Sequence record: SRR33789315_16
Length of the DNA: 63,069 nt
Strand: one strand, 5' to 3'
Positions 17,401 to 26,447 of this stretch are shown here, in pieces. Numbering within the stretch: position 1 is the first letter of the stretch; each line of letters begins with the position of its first letter. Made by a program: the position numbers and the translations under genes. The notes beneath the pieces are model-generated. The model had not been told where the DNA came from, ran no database searches, and was given only the letters and a program-made list of their open reading frames with translations.

Positions 17401-20375
17401 TCCAAGATCTGTCATGGCCAAAATTTGATGCTTCTGGAGATGAAGTTATTGGTGAAAATACAAATTTTGGTTTAGAAGATATTGTTTTTGGCAATGCTGG
17501 CCTTCAAGGTGGAGCTAAACGATGTGTCTATAGAGGTGCTGGTGCTCCATGTGCAAAAGACTGGAGTGTTTTAACTGACGATGTAAAAGAAAACTATAGA
17601 TGTGCACCAAATTTCTTTTGTGCTGATCTTGATGCGAATATCTTTAACGACAGAGTTATCCGTGAACCCGCTGCTCTACAAACTTACCAATATGGTAAAG
17701 AATCAGATGTCTTAGGTCGTCCAGTAAATTATGTTTTAGGCTTTAGTAATCTTGATGGCTCTATCAAAGATAATCTTGAATATAATGCAAGTAAAAATGC
17801 TTCGAAAAATTTGACTGCGGCCAATATGGGTATATGTCGTCCAGGTAAGGCCATCGCCGATGATAATCTTATCAATCAACATAGTATTGAAGATAACCAA
17901 GCCAGAACAGACTTTATCAACCAAATCTCTTCATGTCCGTCTGATCTAAGTACAGTTGCAAGAGTTCGATCTTGCCCTATCTTTAATGTCGTTGCGGATG
18001 ACCCAGAATACGGGAACTTTATCTATGAAGCTTCTGGAACGGCAAGTGCCACTGGCAGAAATACTCAAAATATGTGTGGCGCTGAATGGAAAGATGCTGC
18101 TGCTGACAGTGTATTCAAAGATATTGAAGCTGAATCACTAATAACATTAGGCTCACTCTTCGCTCCATCAGTAGCAATGGATGCATGTTTAAGAAAAGCT
18201 GGTTCAATATGTCATACAGATTTAGATTGTGGACCTAATCGACTCCACGCCGAGCAAGCTATCTTCTTAGATCAAGCTTCATTTAATGGAAGTACGGCAG
18301 AATATCAATACTGGACAGAGTCTCTGGTTTGTCGTCAAGGTGCAAATGCTCCTTCTGTCTTTGATCCAACTTACGAAGACTATGACATGTCTTTAAATGC
18401 TTGTTGCCGAGAAATTGGTAGCGGATTTTCTATGTATACCAATATCGCTCAAGCTCAAATCGATGAAAATCTTGATAACCCACAAGAATTAAACATTTTA
18501 ACAAGCGTATTCCCTAATGGAAAAACACCGGATGCGTCTAAGCCTTATTCTCGTTATTCAATTCTTGCAGATGCGGTAACAAACCCGACGGCGATTGCAC
18601 TCAATGATCCTAAACCTGTTTATCCAAAAAACTTATCTGCTTATGGTGGATCATACGATAATCCAGCCTTTCAGTGGAAAGCTTTCAACGATACTGGGAA
18701 TAAAACATGTTGTGGTGGTTCATGGATCCGTAAATTTAGTGACGGTAGTCATGATTGGACGAATACAAATCGTTTAAATATGAATACTTCAAACTTTAGT
18801 TGTCTTAACTATGAAAGTAATATGCATATCTCCAAACCAACTAACGTTTTGACTTCAAACTATAATAAAGACTTATCAAAGCTTTGTTTGAACCCTGCGG
18901 AAGATGGTTGTATTGAAAAAGGCATCAAGCTTAATGCTTCAAATGACAGTATTGTTCCTCCTTCAAATATTTCCACAACAACTGGTACGATTTCAACGAT
19001 GATTGATGACAGCAATATCCAGACGACTAATTCACAAGCTTATTATCAGCCTGCTGTCTTTAGAAATGCTTCAAGTTTATCCACAGATTTTGAATTTAAC
19101 TTAATTCAAAGTCCATTTAAACCAAGAACAATGATGATCCTACCGATCTATATTGGTAGCTACTCAAATATCAATAGCGTCAGACTCATTTTTGATGGTG
19201 CTGATATGGACAACCCTGTTACTATCACAAACGGTGCGTTTTTTGTCGATCGAACTGGTCAGCCTGAATGTACAAGCTTTCAAGCAATGGAAACGGCCGC
19301 AGCTTATGTTTCAGGAGTAACTCCGGCCAGTAACACTTTTGAAGCTGGACGTTGGTGTGTTAATAACTTAACTGCATCAGATGGACAGTCTTATACAACA
19401 ATAATTGTAATCGCTAATCCTTATAGAACTTTTAGTGATGAGTTTTGGGATTATGCAGGTGTTGAAATCGACTTTGATGTCTATGCAGCAAGTGCAGGCG
19501 CTCACCCATCTAACGCTGCTTTAAACACTACTGCAACAACAAAAGACATTGGTATTGGGATGTCATCAGGAAATGCCAATTATTATGAAACAAAGCTAGG
19601 TCGTTTAGAACTTCTTGGTATTCCACAAATTTTCTATGAACCACTCTACTGTAACTCAGCAAAAGACGTTTTAGTCCCTGGTATCTTTGATGATGCAATT
19701 ACAAATCGAAATCAATTTGAGTTGAACTCAATAACATATCAAAACTATACTCCGCTAAGTGGCTCTGCGCGAAGAATTGAAGGACTGTATGATCCTACAA
19801 ATCCAGCCTATGTATCTGATGTGTCAAAAACCGGTGGCGTAGCAAGAGTTGCTTTTAAAGATAAGGTTAAACTACCTGATATTTTCTCAGGCCATGAATT
19901 TACCTGTTGTCGAGGAATTGGTAATACAACAGAATCGGCAGCTCGTTGTTGTAGTAATTTTGCCGATACAAATGATGATGGTGATTTAGTTTGTCTCATT
20001 CCTAGCGGAACTGACCTTAATGTCTACTTCAATAAGTTTGTATCTTCTGAAGGTATGGGAGAATCTCTACCTGGTGGAGGTCTTCTAGAAAAAGACTTTA
20101 TTCCTGAAACGGGCGAGCCAAAACTTACCAGCGAAGTGACTTCGAAAATCGAAACACTAGGTATAGCTTTCTGTCAGGGCAATGCGATTAGAAATGGCGC
20201 AGCGCTAGGTAGTTTCTATCCACAGCCAAACAGTGGCTCATTCAATGGTGATCCAGAAGCAGGTAGAACCTATAGCTTCATTGATAGTCCACTTGATTAC
20301 GACCCAGACCGCGACACTGGAACAATTCTCTTTAACCAAGGTTATCGTTGGGGACATCACGTTTACTGCCAGTAA
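14418..20375 (+). CDS. Giant Cys-rich lipoprotein with beta-propeller-like repeats
   Basis: Start reassigned to ATG 14418 (SD GAGGTG). Lipobox LFFAAC, Ser/Thr/Pro linker, repeated (I/V)xxT.SGL / xDxG.TF blades, then many Cys clusters (CC and CxxDxDC). Confidence 0.88.
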   Translation: MNSLSSSLIILLALFFAACVPQSPKSTRKSSKAASTGATATPTPSAPTFSGNAYWYNGQVVNGVLEIPDTFSSVVYIRGTSVNNFLAQSSAQMSAVYCTVISFNNTGSKDQLRVRAVPLTFNNFQTGQLERLFRIDMNLASSECDGAVGNLGQLVSRAPFYLGNTSYLAVTNGTTGKGIYYNASPGATFSSRSFNDVKDSNGNSLLSNTVNKIYAHGTTVVVGTQSGLGLSLNSASTFSAPTTFKNKNISAIGGINSKWAVAADNQLYITGDNGVTFNSFSYTAGTPIINKIVGIQSISDYIFISTSSGVFYTVNDGASFTQLTASTSNGISVGGGKLFVATNSGLLKYDISAGGAPVSQGSLTTGNGLGSNIINDVAVNSASIYIATSAGLSVGLINAVAFTNTVLSGGEPKEVAAALDNAVVTMSGGGTVYYDGALVITPSLTTKTFEIDDVCPTCSSLTSTNVALYQISAGAIDDTTRVSSLDSAIGALGLKISGNGSSGGSGGTCTNNDCQAQGFDCCLENQCVIDSTERPGAAASLDPLYYSQAQNDVALNAQLFVNYPDVYYVCTQAPPVTTTPTPQPDAVATAAARLQEEYAQYLCLQGAAEDPVNFANCIDGDGDSDNDEDDYNLIRLRVWDRCGCEAEPLEQPYCPDYGLTATFDSNGNVQTVSCLIPPPDVQPTPFQSLSINIPAKSVPHRFFRSVDGKKVDDISTISNITPEIVPEGTPFAYLDESSKTAPLDSPYNMNDILGQMSVSLTRALPAKVIKLEFGADYIVSATSGFYTPCPQCARDAWYDSFTAHPSSRDGLGVQAIGYTTRRDILSNNSSFGNYEDTIFGRACWVPPTMIAFTHKPEASVMAQREARLRAQAALWVNGYQRDWYGFNKGALIGSFDGVKWFAIGNGRKVTSTSESLFLAINAPFGDLADTTDIAVNIVADLGNNSVANVDYDPTVLLNDSRQNRAGSCQRFHICEKDIDCVSRLGWEYTCANVDVQDLSWPKFDASGDEVIGENTNFGLEDIVFGNAGLQGGAKRCVYRGAGAPCAKDWSVLTDDVKENYRCAPNFFCADLDANIFNDRVIREPAALQTYQYGKESDVLGRPVNYVLGFSNLDGSIKDNLEYNASKNASKNLTAANMGICRPGKAIADDNLINQHSIEDNQARTDFINQISSCPSDLSTVARVRSCPIFNVVADDPEYGNFIYEASGTASATGRNTQNMCGAEWKDAAADSVFKDIEAESLITLGSLFAPSVAMDACLRKAGSICHTDLDCGPNRLHAEQAIFLDQASFNGSTAEYQYWTESLVCRQGANAPSVFDPTYEDYDMSLNACCREIGSGFSMYTNIAQAQIDENLDNPQELNILTSVFPNGKTPDASKPYSRYSILADAVTNPTAIALNDPKPVYPKNLSAYGGSYDNPAFQWKAFNDTGNKTCCGGSWIRKFSDGSHDWTNTNRLNMNTSNFSCLNYESNMHISKPTNVLTSNYNKDLSKLCLNPAEDGCIEKGIKLNASNDSIVPPSNISTTTGTISTMIDDSNIQTTNSQAYYQPAVFRNASSLSTDFEFNLIQSPFKPRTMMILPIYIGSYSNINSVRLIFDGADMDNPVTITNGAFFVDRTGQPECTSFQAMETAAAYVSGVTPASNTFEAGRWCVNNLTASDGQSYTTIIVIANPYRTFSDEFWDYAGVEIDFDVYAASAGAHPSNAALNTTATTKDIGIGMSSGNANYYETKLGRLELLGIPQIFYEPLYCNSAKDVLVPGIFDDAITNRNQFELNSITYQNYTPLSGSARRIEGLYDPTNPAYVSDVSKTGGVARVAFKDKVKLPDIFSGHEFTCCRGIGNTTESAARCCSNFADTNDDGDLVCLIPSGTDLNVYFNKFVSSEGMGESLPGGGLLEKDFIPETGEPKLTSEVTSKIETLGIAFCQGNAIRNGAALGSFYPQPNSGSFNGDPEAGRTYSFIDSPLDYDPDRDTGTILFNQGYRWGHHVYCQ

Positions 20376-20397
20376 GCACCGTGCTATATAGCCTGCT

Positions 20398-21210
20398 ATG
20401 CCAAGTAAAATCCTATTAAGTTTATTTATCGTTATCGCTATGCCTGCCTTTGCCTCAACTTGGGTTTGTACCCATCCTCAGGTATGCCAAATTGTTCAGG
20501 ATCTATATGCCTCTCAAAACAACGAGTCACCTAAACTAGTCAAGGCCATCGCTTCGATTTTAGATCCTCATGAAGTTGAACCCAATAGTGCTGAGCTAAA
20601 GAAGCTTTATAAAGCAGATGTTGTAATTAGTGCTCCAAGCGAGCTCCATCCTTGGATTGTACCCATTTTAAAAATGAGGCAAAAGCAAGGTCAGCTTAAA
20701 TCTTTTCAATTTCAAATTGCTAGCTCCATAAAGAACAAATACAAAAATGCATCAACTGAAGCATTAGCTCACTTTTGGCTTTATCCCGATATAAAATGTG
20801 ACTTTATCCTTCAACTACAACAATGGCTTAAAGCAAAAGATACACCAAAAAATTGCCCATTTGAAAACGACGCTGATTTTTTAAACCAAGTTGATAAAAC
20901 AATTCCAGTCATAGTTAGTCATGATGCTATAGTTCCGTTACTAACCTCTTTTGGAATAAAGGCCTATTCAATAAAAGGCTCTGGTCACCACGAGGAACCT
21001 TCACCAAAACAACTTAAAAACATACAAGATATTTTAAAACAAAACCCTAAAGTACTATGGATTGTAGAAAAACAGATACATTTCCCTCATTCGATAGAAC
21101 ATCTCCAACGTAAAAGTGATAAGATTATCAAAATCGATACTAACAATGATTTTCCTTCAACCGGTCTATCGGCCCTAGAAGAATTAAAGCAATCATTGCA
21201 AAAAATTTGA
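20398..21210 (+). CDS. Zn/Mn ABC transporter substrate-binding protein (ZnuA-like)
   Basis: Signal peptide; DPHE, HFWL, HDA and EPSPKQL motifs of cluster A-I binding proteins. Confidence 0.85.
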   Translation: MPSKILLSLFIVIAMPAFASTWVCTHPQVCQIVQDLYASQNNESPKLVKAIASILDPHEVEPNSAELKKLYKADVVISAPSELHPWIVPILKMRQKQGQLKSFQFQIASSIKNKYKNASTEALAHFWLYPDIKCDFILQLQQWLKAKDTPKNCPFENDADFLNQVDKTIPVIVSHDAIVPLLTSFGIKAYSIKGSGHHEEPSPKQLKNIQDILKQNPKVLWIVEKQIHFPHSIEHLQRKSDKIIKIDTNNDFPSTGLSALEELKQSLQKI

Positions 21211-21217
21211 GTCATTA

Positions 21218-21982
21218 ATGCTTGAAGCAAAACATCTAGATTTCCACTACCCTGATGGGGAAAAAGTTTTAGAAGATATTTCTTTTAAAATTGAAAAAGC
21301 AGGAATGCTTGGAATTATCGGTCCAAATGGTGGAGGAAAATCCACCTTGCTCAAGATCCTTGTAGGTTTATTACCTCTTAAAAAAGGTGAAGTCCTCTAC
21401 GATGGGCTTCCATTAGCAGCAACTAAAAAAGCAGTATACGTTCCACAAACAATTACGCTTAATGATACTTTACCTCTTAAAGTAAGTGACTTCTTAAACC
21501 TCTCTATCAAGAATGCAAAACTCAGCCTCGATGAATGTTTAACTAAAGTCGGTATGCTCGACAAAAAGAATGATCTGATTCGTGAATTATCAGGCGGACA
21601 AAAACAAAGAGTGATGTTAGCCAGGGCCTTAAGACAAGTTCCAGAGATATTAATTCTAGACGAGCCCACAACTGGCTTAGATGGTGAAGGTCAAGACCAA
21701 CTCATGATCTTACTTAAAGGTCTCCAGCAAAATGAAAAAACGACGATCATTATCGTTGATCACAATTTAAACCAAGTTTTAAATCATGCCGATAAAATTT
21801 TATGTTTAAATAAAAAACATCACTGGCATGAGAGAAAAGAGCTCCTCACACAAAATATTATCAATGATATTTATCACTGTGAATTCGAACATATTCGCCT
21901 ACACGAAGCCGGAACTCAATTCAATGATGAGCACCATGAATGTCAACACGATCATAAACATCATCATGAAAATAGTGAATAG
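21218..21982 (+). CDS. Metal ABC transporter ATP-binding protein (ZnuC-like), His-rich tail
   Basis: GPNGGGKST, LSGGQKQR, LDEPT, C-terminal HHECQHDHKHHH. Confidence 0.92.
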   Translation: MLEAKHLDFHYPDGEKVLEDISFKIEKAGMLGIIGPNGGGKSTLLKILVGLLPLKKGEVLYDGLPLAATKKAVYVPQTITLNDTLPLKVSDFLNLSIKNAKLSLDECLTKVGMLDKKNDLIRELSGGQKQRVMLARALRQVPEILILDEPTTGLDGEGQDQLMILLKGLQQNEKTTIIIVDHNLNQVLNHADKILCLNKKHHWHERKELLTQNIINDIYHCEFEHIRLHEAGTQFNDEHHECQHDHKHHHENSE

Positions 21983-21985
21983 AAT

Positions 21986-22813
21986 ATGAGTTTCTTAAGC
22001 GACTTTATAGAATATCCCTTTTTACTAAGAGCGCTGATTGCAACAAGTGTATTATCTTTAACTTGTGGGTTAATCTCACCATTAATCATAGCCAAACGCT
22101 ACGCCTTTTTAGGTTCCGCTGTTTCCCATTCTACTCTACTAGGCTTATCACTTGGGCTATTTATCAGTGGCACTAACGCTCCTCTTTCTCTTTACCTTTG
22201 GACTTTAGGAATCACACTGGTTCTAAGTTTATTTTTAGCACAATCAACTTGGCGACAATCACTTCCTTCAGATTCTCTAATTGGACTTTTTTTTACAGCA
22301 ACAATGGGCCTTGGAACATTAATACATTCGTTAACGAGTAGAAGCAGTGGCGATTTGATGTCCTTTCTTTTTGGAAATGTTCTCCTGTTAACGAATACAG
22401 ACATTTATATCTCAATACTCTTAGCAGTATTAATTGTCCCCCTTATTCTCCTTCCATTTAAACAATGGATATTAACCATATACGATGAAGACTTTGCTAT
22501 CCTCTCTGGAGTACCTGCTAAGTCCATGCATTTCGTATTTGTCTTTGTCATGACTGCGCTGATTGTGTCGGCGCTTAAAATATCGGGAACTATTCTTGTA
22601 AATGCTTTGTTACTAACTCCAGGATTCTTTGCTTTAAGCTTTGCCAGAGATTTAAAGCTGACTTTTTTGATCTCTGTTCTTTTTTCAATTACTACTGCTA
22701 TAATGGGTTTAATCCTTGCAAATTTATTGGAAACTCCATCGGGAGCAACAATTGCGATGACCCAATTATTTTTTCTATTTTTTACAAAAATAACGAAAAT
22801 TTTATTTAGATAA
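21986..22813 (+). CDS. Metal ABC transporter permease (ZnuB-like)
   Basis: Hydrophobic; AVSHSTLLG, FLFGNVL and PSGATI motifs of the ABC-3 family. Confidence 0.9.
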   Translation: MSFLSDFIEYPFLLRALIATSVLSLTCGLISPLIIAKRYAFLGSAVSHSTLLGLSLGLFISGTNAPLSLYLWTLGITLVLSLFLAQSTWRQSLPSDSLIGLFFTATMGLGTLIHSLTSRSSGDLMSFLFGNVLLLTNTDIYISILLAVLIVPLILLPFKQWILTIYDEDFAILSGVPAKSMHFVFVFVMTALIVSALKISGTILVNALLLTPGFFALSFARDLKLTFLISVLFSITTAIMGLILANLLETPSGATIAMTQLFFLFFTKITKILFR

Positions 22814-22822
22814 GGAAGTTCT

Positions 22823-23293
22823 ATGCGCAAGCAAAAAACCGTCAAAGATAGCCAGGTTGAAATGAGAATGCTGGTTATGCCCAATGATGCAAATCCGCAC
22901 AACACCATCTTTGGTGGCGTTGTCATGAGCTGGATCGATATGGCCGCGGCAATGGTAGCGCAACGACACACGGGTCGCCCTGTGGTTACCGTCCACATCG
23001 ACGATATTAGTTTCAAAGCTCCAATACGCGTTGGTGATCAGTGTTGTATAAAAGCAGCCATTAATTATGTCGGAAATACCTCAATGCTTATTGGTGTTAA
23101 AGTTATTGCAGAAAATCCACAGACTGGTGATGTCAGACACACAACGACGGCCTATTTAACTTTTGTTGCGTTAGATGATGTTGGTCGACCAGCTATCGTT
23201 CCAGAAATTGTCGCCAAAACTGAAGATGAAAAAAGACGATATGCTGAAGGTAAAATTAGAGCACAAGAAATCAAAGCTAAATCAAAAAGATAA
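22823..23293 (+). CDS. Acyl-CoA thioesterase (YciA-like hotdog fold)
   Basis: MPNDANPHNTIFGG..WIDMAA..FKAPIRVGD. Confidence 0.92.
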   Translation: MRKQKTVKDSQVEMRMLVMPNDANPHNTIFGGVVMSWIDMAAAMVAQRHTGRPVVTVHIDDISFKAPIRVGDQCCIKAAINYVGNTSMLIGVKVIAENPQTGDVRHTTTAYLTFVALDDVGRPAIVPEIVAKTEDEKRRYAEGKIRAQEIKAKSKR

Positions 23294-25621
23294 TTAAGAG
23301 CAAGAAGTCGACTCTCCACAGTTTTCGCACTTATAACAGGTTCCAGCAGCAACCAGAGAATAATGCCCACATTTAGAGCATTTATGTTGTTGTTTTTCAA
23401 TAATGCTCAATGGCTGAGACAGTTTACATCCATCACGATAAAGTGAAATAGATTTCACACCTAGTACATGAGCTTGCTTATATATAAAACTCACATCCTC
23501 AACTGTCGCATTTTTTGGTAAATTTATTGTCTTACTAATTCCACCCGAAACAAACGGTGTGCAAGCTGCCACCATCTTTAAATGGCCTAATGGAGAAATA
23601 CTATTTGAACCTAGAGCCGTCTCAAAAATTGGTAGGTGCTCTTTTTTTAATATTTTGGAAGTTAATATATTTCCTGACTCTAAAACAGAATCTTTTATCT
23701 GCGCTACTTCTAAATCGCTATAGCCAAGACTCTCAAGCGCCTTTAAAAAAATACTATTAATCATCAATGTACTTTTACCACCAACAAGCTTCTTATTTTT
23801 AACCAGTGCATACTCAGGCTCTATTCCTGTTGTTTCACAATCCATCAATAAGCCAATGGTTCCAGTTGGTGCTATCACGGTGACTTGAGCATTTCTTAAC
23901 CCGTGTTTTTTTGCCAGTTCACCAACACGCTCCCATGTTCTAATACAAGCTTGATAAACGGGGAGAAAAGCTTCAGGAAGATGATCTTTGTGAATTGGTT
24001 GAAAAGTTGCCTGCCCTTGAGATATTTTCTTTCCTTTTGTTAAGTCAAAATGATCTTCAAGAACCTTTAGATGAGATTTCTTATTCTTACTATACCCTTT
24101 ATAGGCCCCTAGTTTTTCGGCCAAATGTGCAGACTCTTCATAGGCATTCGCCGTGATAAATGAAGTTAATGTAGCAGCGACGGCCCTTGCTTCATCTGAA
24201 TCATAGGGCAAACCAAAGTACATTAAAAGTGAGCCAAGATTGGCCATTCCCAAGCCTAATGTTCTGTAATGATGAGATCTTTCGGCAATTTTTCTCGACG
24301 GGTACTGTGCCATATCGACAGTAATATCAAGAATAGTCGTATAAAGTTTAATCGTGTGAGTTAATTTATCTAAAATGATCTCATTTGTTTTTTGATCAAC
24401 AAACTTTAATAGATTGAGAGAGGCTAGATTACATCCCGTATCATCCAGGAAAAAGTATTCTGAACAAGGATTGGATGCTAAAATTTCACCATCACTTTTA
24501 CACGTATGAAAATAATTAATATTGTCAGAATACTGCACCCCAGGGTCTGCACATTCCCAGGCACTTTGACAAAGATCATCCCAAATTTTTTGCGATGAAA
24601 CTAAAGACACACGACTTTTATCAAGTCGACTAATCAGTTTCCAGTCTTTCTTTTTTTCCAAAGAATCAAAAAATTTATTCGAGATACGTACAGAATTATT
24701 TGAATTTTGTCCTGAAACACTGGCGTAGCCTTCTGAGTTGAAATCGCCATCAAAGACCTTAAACTTTATAGAAGACAATCTGGGATCATTTATTTTCGAT
24801 AGCATTTCAGAACCAGCGATAAGTGCTGCGACTTTACGCTCTTCATGTAACTTCCACTGAATAAATTCGATTATATCAGGATGATCAATATCGAGAATAA
24901 CCATTTTCGCCGCTCTTCTAGTGACTCCACCTGAGCGAACGGCCGCGGCACTGGCATCGCCAACTTTTAAAAATCCCATTAAACCGCTGGCATACCCTCC
25001 ACCAGGTAAAGGCTCGTTAACGGCAGGGATATTTGAAAAATTAGTTCCCGTGCCTGAACCTTGCTTAAATAATCTAGCTTCCTTTGACCATAGATCTAGT
25101 AATCCATCTTCACGTACAAGATCACTTTTAACAGATTGTATGAAGCAAGCATGGGCCTGTGGGTGCTCATAAGCATTTTGACTTGGTTGAGGGACGCCTT
25201 CGCTATCAATATACCAATGACCTAGTGCCTCACCTTCAATGCCGTAAGAATGAAATAAACCGGTGTTAAACCACTGAGGTGAATTAGGCGCGGCTATCTG
25301 GTGAATTAACGTATAGATAATTTCGTCTTCAAAAAGACGTGACTCTTCATCATCAAAATAGCCAAGTTCCCAACCCCAAAAAGACCAGGCTTTGGCCATA
25401 CGAAGACAAACATCTTGAACATCGTCTTCTCTTTCTGTCTCATTTTTAAGTTTTAGATATTTTCGAGCTAGAATCTCACCAGCTAGGACTGACCAAGACT
25501 TAGGAACATTAATTTCAATAGGCTTCGTTTGCTCAAGGTCATAATCAAGAGCAACACTTCTTTTCTCAAACTCTACTAAAGCAGTTGGTTTTTCTAAGCC
25601 TTTCGTCCAAATTTTTTTCAC
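23294..25621 (-). CDS. nrdJ: Class II (adenosylcobalamin-dependent) ribonucleotide reductase
   Basis: PNSPQWFNTG, HACFI, RRAAKMV, SGQNSNNS, SNPCSEY (radical Cys), CNLASLNL, APTGTIG, GISKTIN, C-terminal CxxC..CxxC. Confidence 0.9.
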   Translation of the reverse strand: MKKIWTKGLEKPTALVEFEKRSVALDYDLEQTKPIEINVPKSWSVLAGEILARKYLKLKNETEREDDVQDVCLRMAKAWSFWGWELGYFDDEESRLFEDEIIYTLIHQIAAPNSPQWFNTGLFHSYGIEGEALGHWYIDSEGVPQPSQNAYEHPQAHACFIQSVKSDLVREDGLLDLWSKEARLFKQGSGTGTNFSNIPAVNEPLPGGGYASGLMGFLKVGDASAAAVRSGGVTRRAAKMVILDIDHPDIIEFIQWKLHEERKVAALIAGSEMLSKINDPRLSSIKFKVFDGDFNSEGYASVSGQNSNNSVRISNKFFDSLEKKKDWKLISRLDKSRVSLVSSQKIWDDLCQSAWECADPGVQYSDNINYFHTCKSDGEILASNPCSEYFFLDDTGCNLASLNLLKFVDQKTNEIILDKLTHTIKLYTTILDITVDMAQYPSRKIAERSHHYRTLGLGMANLGSLLMYFGLPYDSDEARAVAATLTSFITANAYEESAHLAEKLGAYKGYSKNKKSHLKVLEDHFDLTKGKKISQGQATFQPIHKDHLPEAFLPVYQACIRTWERVGELAKKHGLRNAQVTVIAPTGTIGLLMDCETTGIEPEYALVKNKKLVGGKSTLMINSIFLKALESLGYSDLEVAQIKDSVLESGNILTSKILKKEHLPIFETALGSNSISPLGHLKMVAACTPFVSGGISKTINLPKNATVEDVSFIYKQAHVLGVKSISLYRDGCKLSQPLSIIEKQQHKCSKCGHYSLVAAGTCYKCENCGESTSCS

Positions 25622-25682
25622 TAAGTCTCCACGAGTGAGCTTAACTAAGTTATGATAATTCTAACACGAGTAGGAAATTTAT

Positions 25683-26447
25683 ATGTCTCATTTTTCGAAG
25701 ATTTTTATTCTGGCCTTAGTAAGCTTTAGCCTACCTGTTTTTGCTCAGGACACTGGAACAGAGCCTACTGAAGAAGTTCCAGTCTTTGAAGCCCATATGA
25801 TTGATCATCTCTTCAAAGGATGTCCTGGCGGTTCTAAATGTACTAAAGAAACAGGTCAACTTAGACAAGGCTGGCTAGACATACTTAAATCCAAATCAAA
25901 TAGAAATTCAAATCTTAATAAATATAAAGCTACCAAAGGGATGCCACTTGTTCTTTGGTCTTTGCCTCTTAAAACAATCGGCAAAGGTGTTTCGACTTGG
26001 AGATCTCCCTGTCCTCAGCATAACACCAATGACGTTCAGTATTCATTAACAGAAGTAATGTCGAAGGATTTAAAGTCACTCTTAAACCAAGAAAGCTTTA
26101 TTTTAAGTCAGGCGATTTTAAAAACAAAAGATGGAAAGTATATTCTTTATCCAATGCCAGCGAGTGAGGCGCCAATCTATATTAGTCAAAAGAAAATGAT
26201 TTATAGCCTCGATATGGATGGTGAGTATTATGGGATCGATGTCGACTCAAACGGCGAAATTACTATCATTGACATTAAAAAACCTGAGCGTTTTCCTGAA
26301 AATATAAAATGTACTGATGATATGATCCAAGCTTTTAAACAACTTAAATATCCTGAGGGTTTTTTCAAAGGCTTAACTTGTAAATCAGTTTGGAATATTG
26401 ATTCAAAATCATTTCAATCAATCGCGTATGGTTGGAGTTGTAGTTGA
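25683..26447 (+). CDS. Secreted hypothetical protein
   Basis: Signal peptide (..VFA), several Cys, no recognisable family. Confidence 0.8.
   Translation: MSHFSKIFILALVSFSLPVFAQDTGTEPTEEVPVFEAHMIDHLFKGCPGGSKCTKETGQLRQGWLDILKSKSNRNSNLNKYKATKGMPLVLWSLPLKTIGKGVSTWRSPCPQHNTNDVQYSLTEVMSKDLKSLLNQESFILSQAILKTKDGKYILYPMPASEAPIYISQKKMIYSLDMDGEYYGIDVDSNGEITIIDIKKPERFPENIKCTDDMIQAFKQLKYPEGFFKGLTCKSVWNIDSKSFQSIAYGWSCS

Noticed and set aside
22405-23016. 203-aa antisense ORF, and the many other short overlapping ORFs in the track (e.g. 423-641, 8730-9083, 46735-47073, 55701-56123)
   Set aside because: Shadow frames of well-supported genes, with no motifs or RBS.
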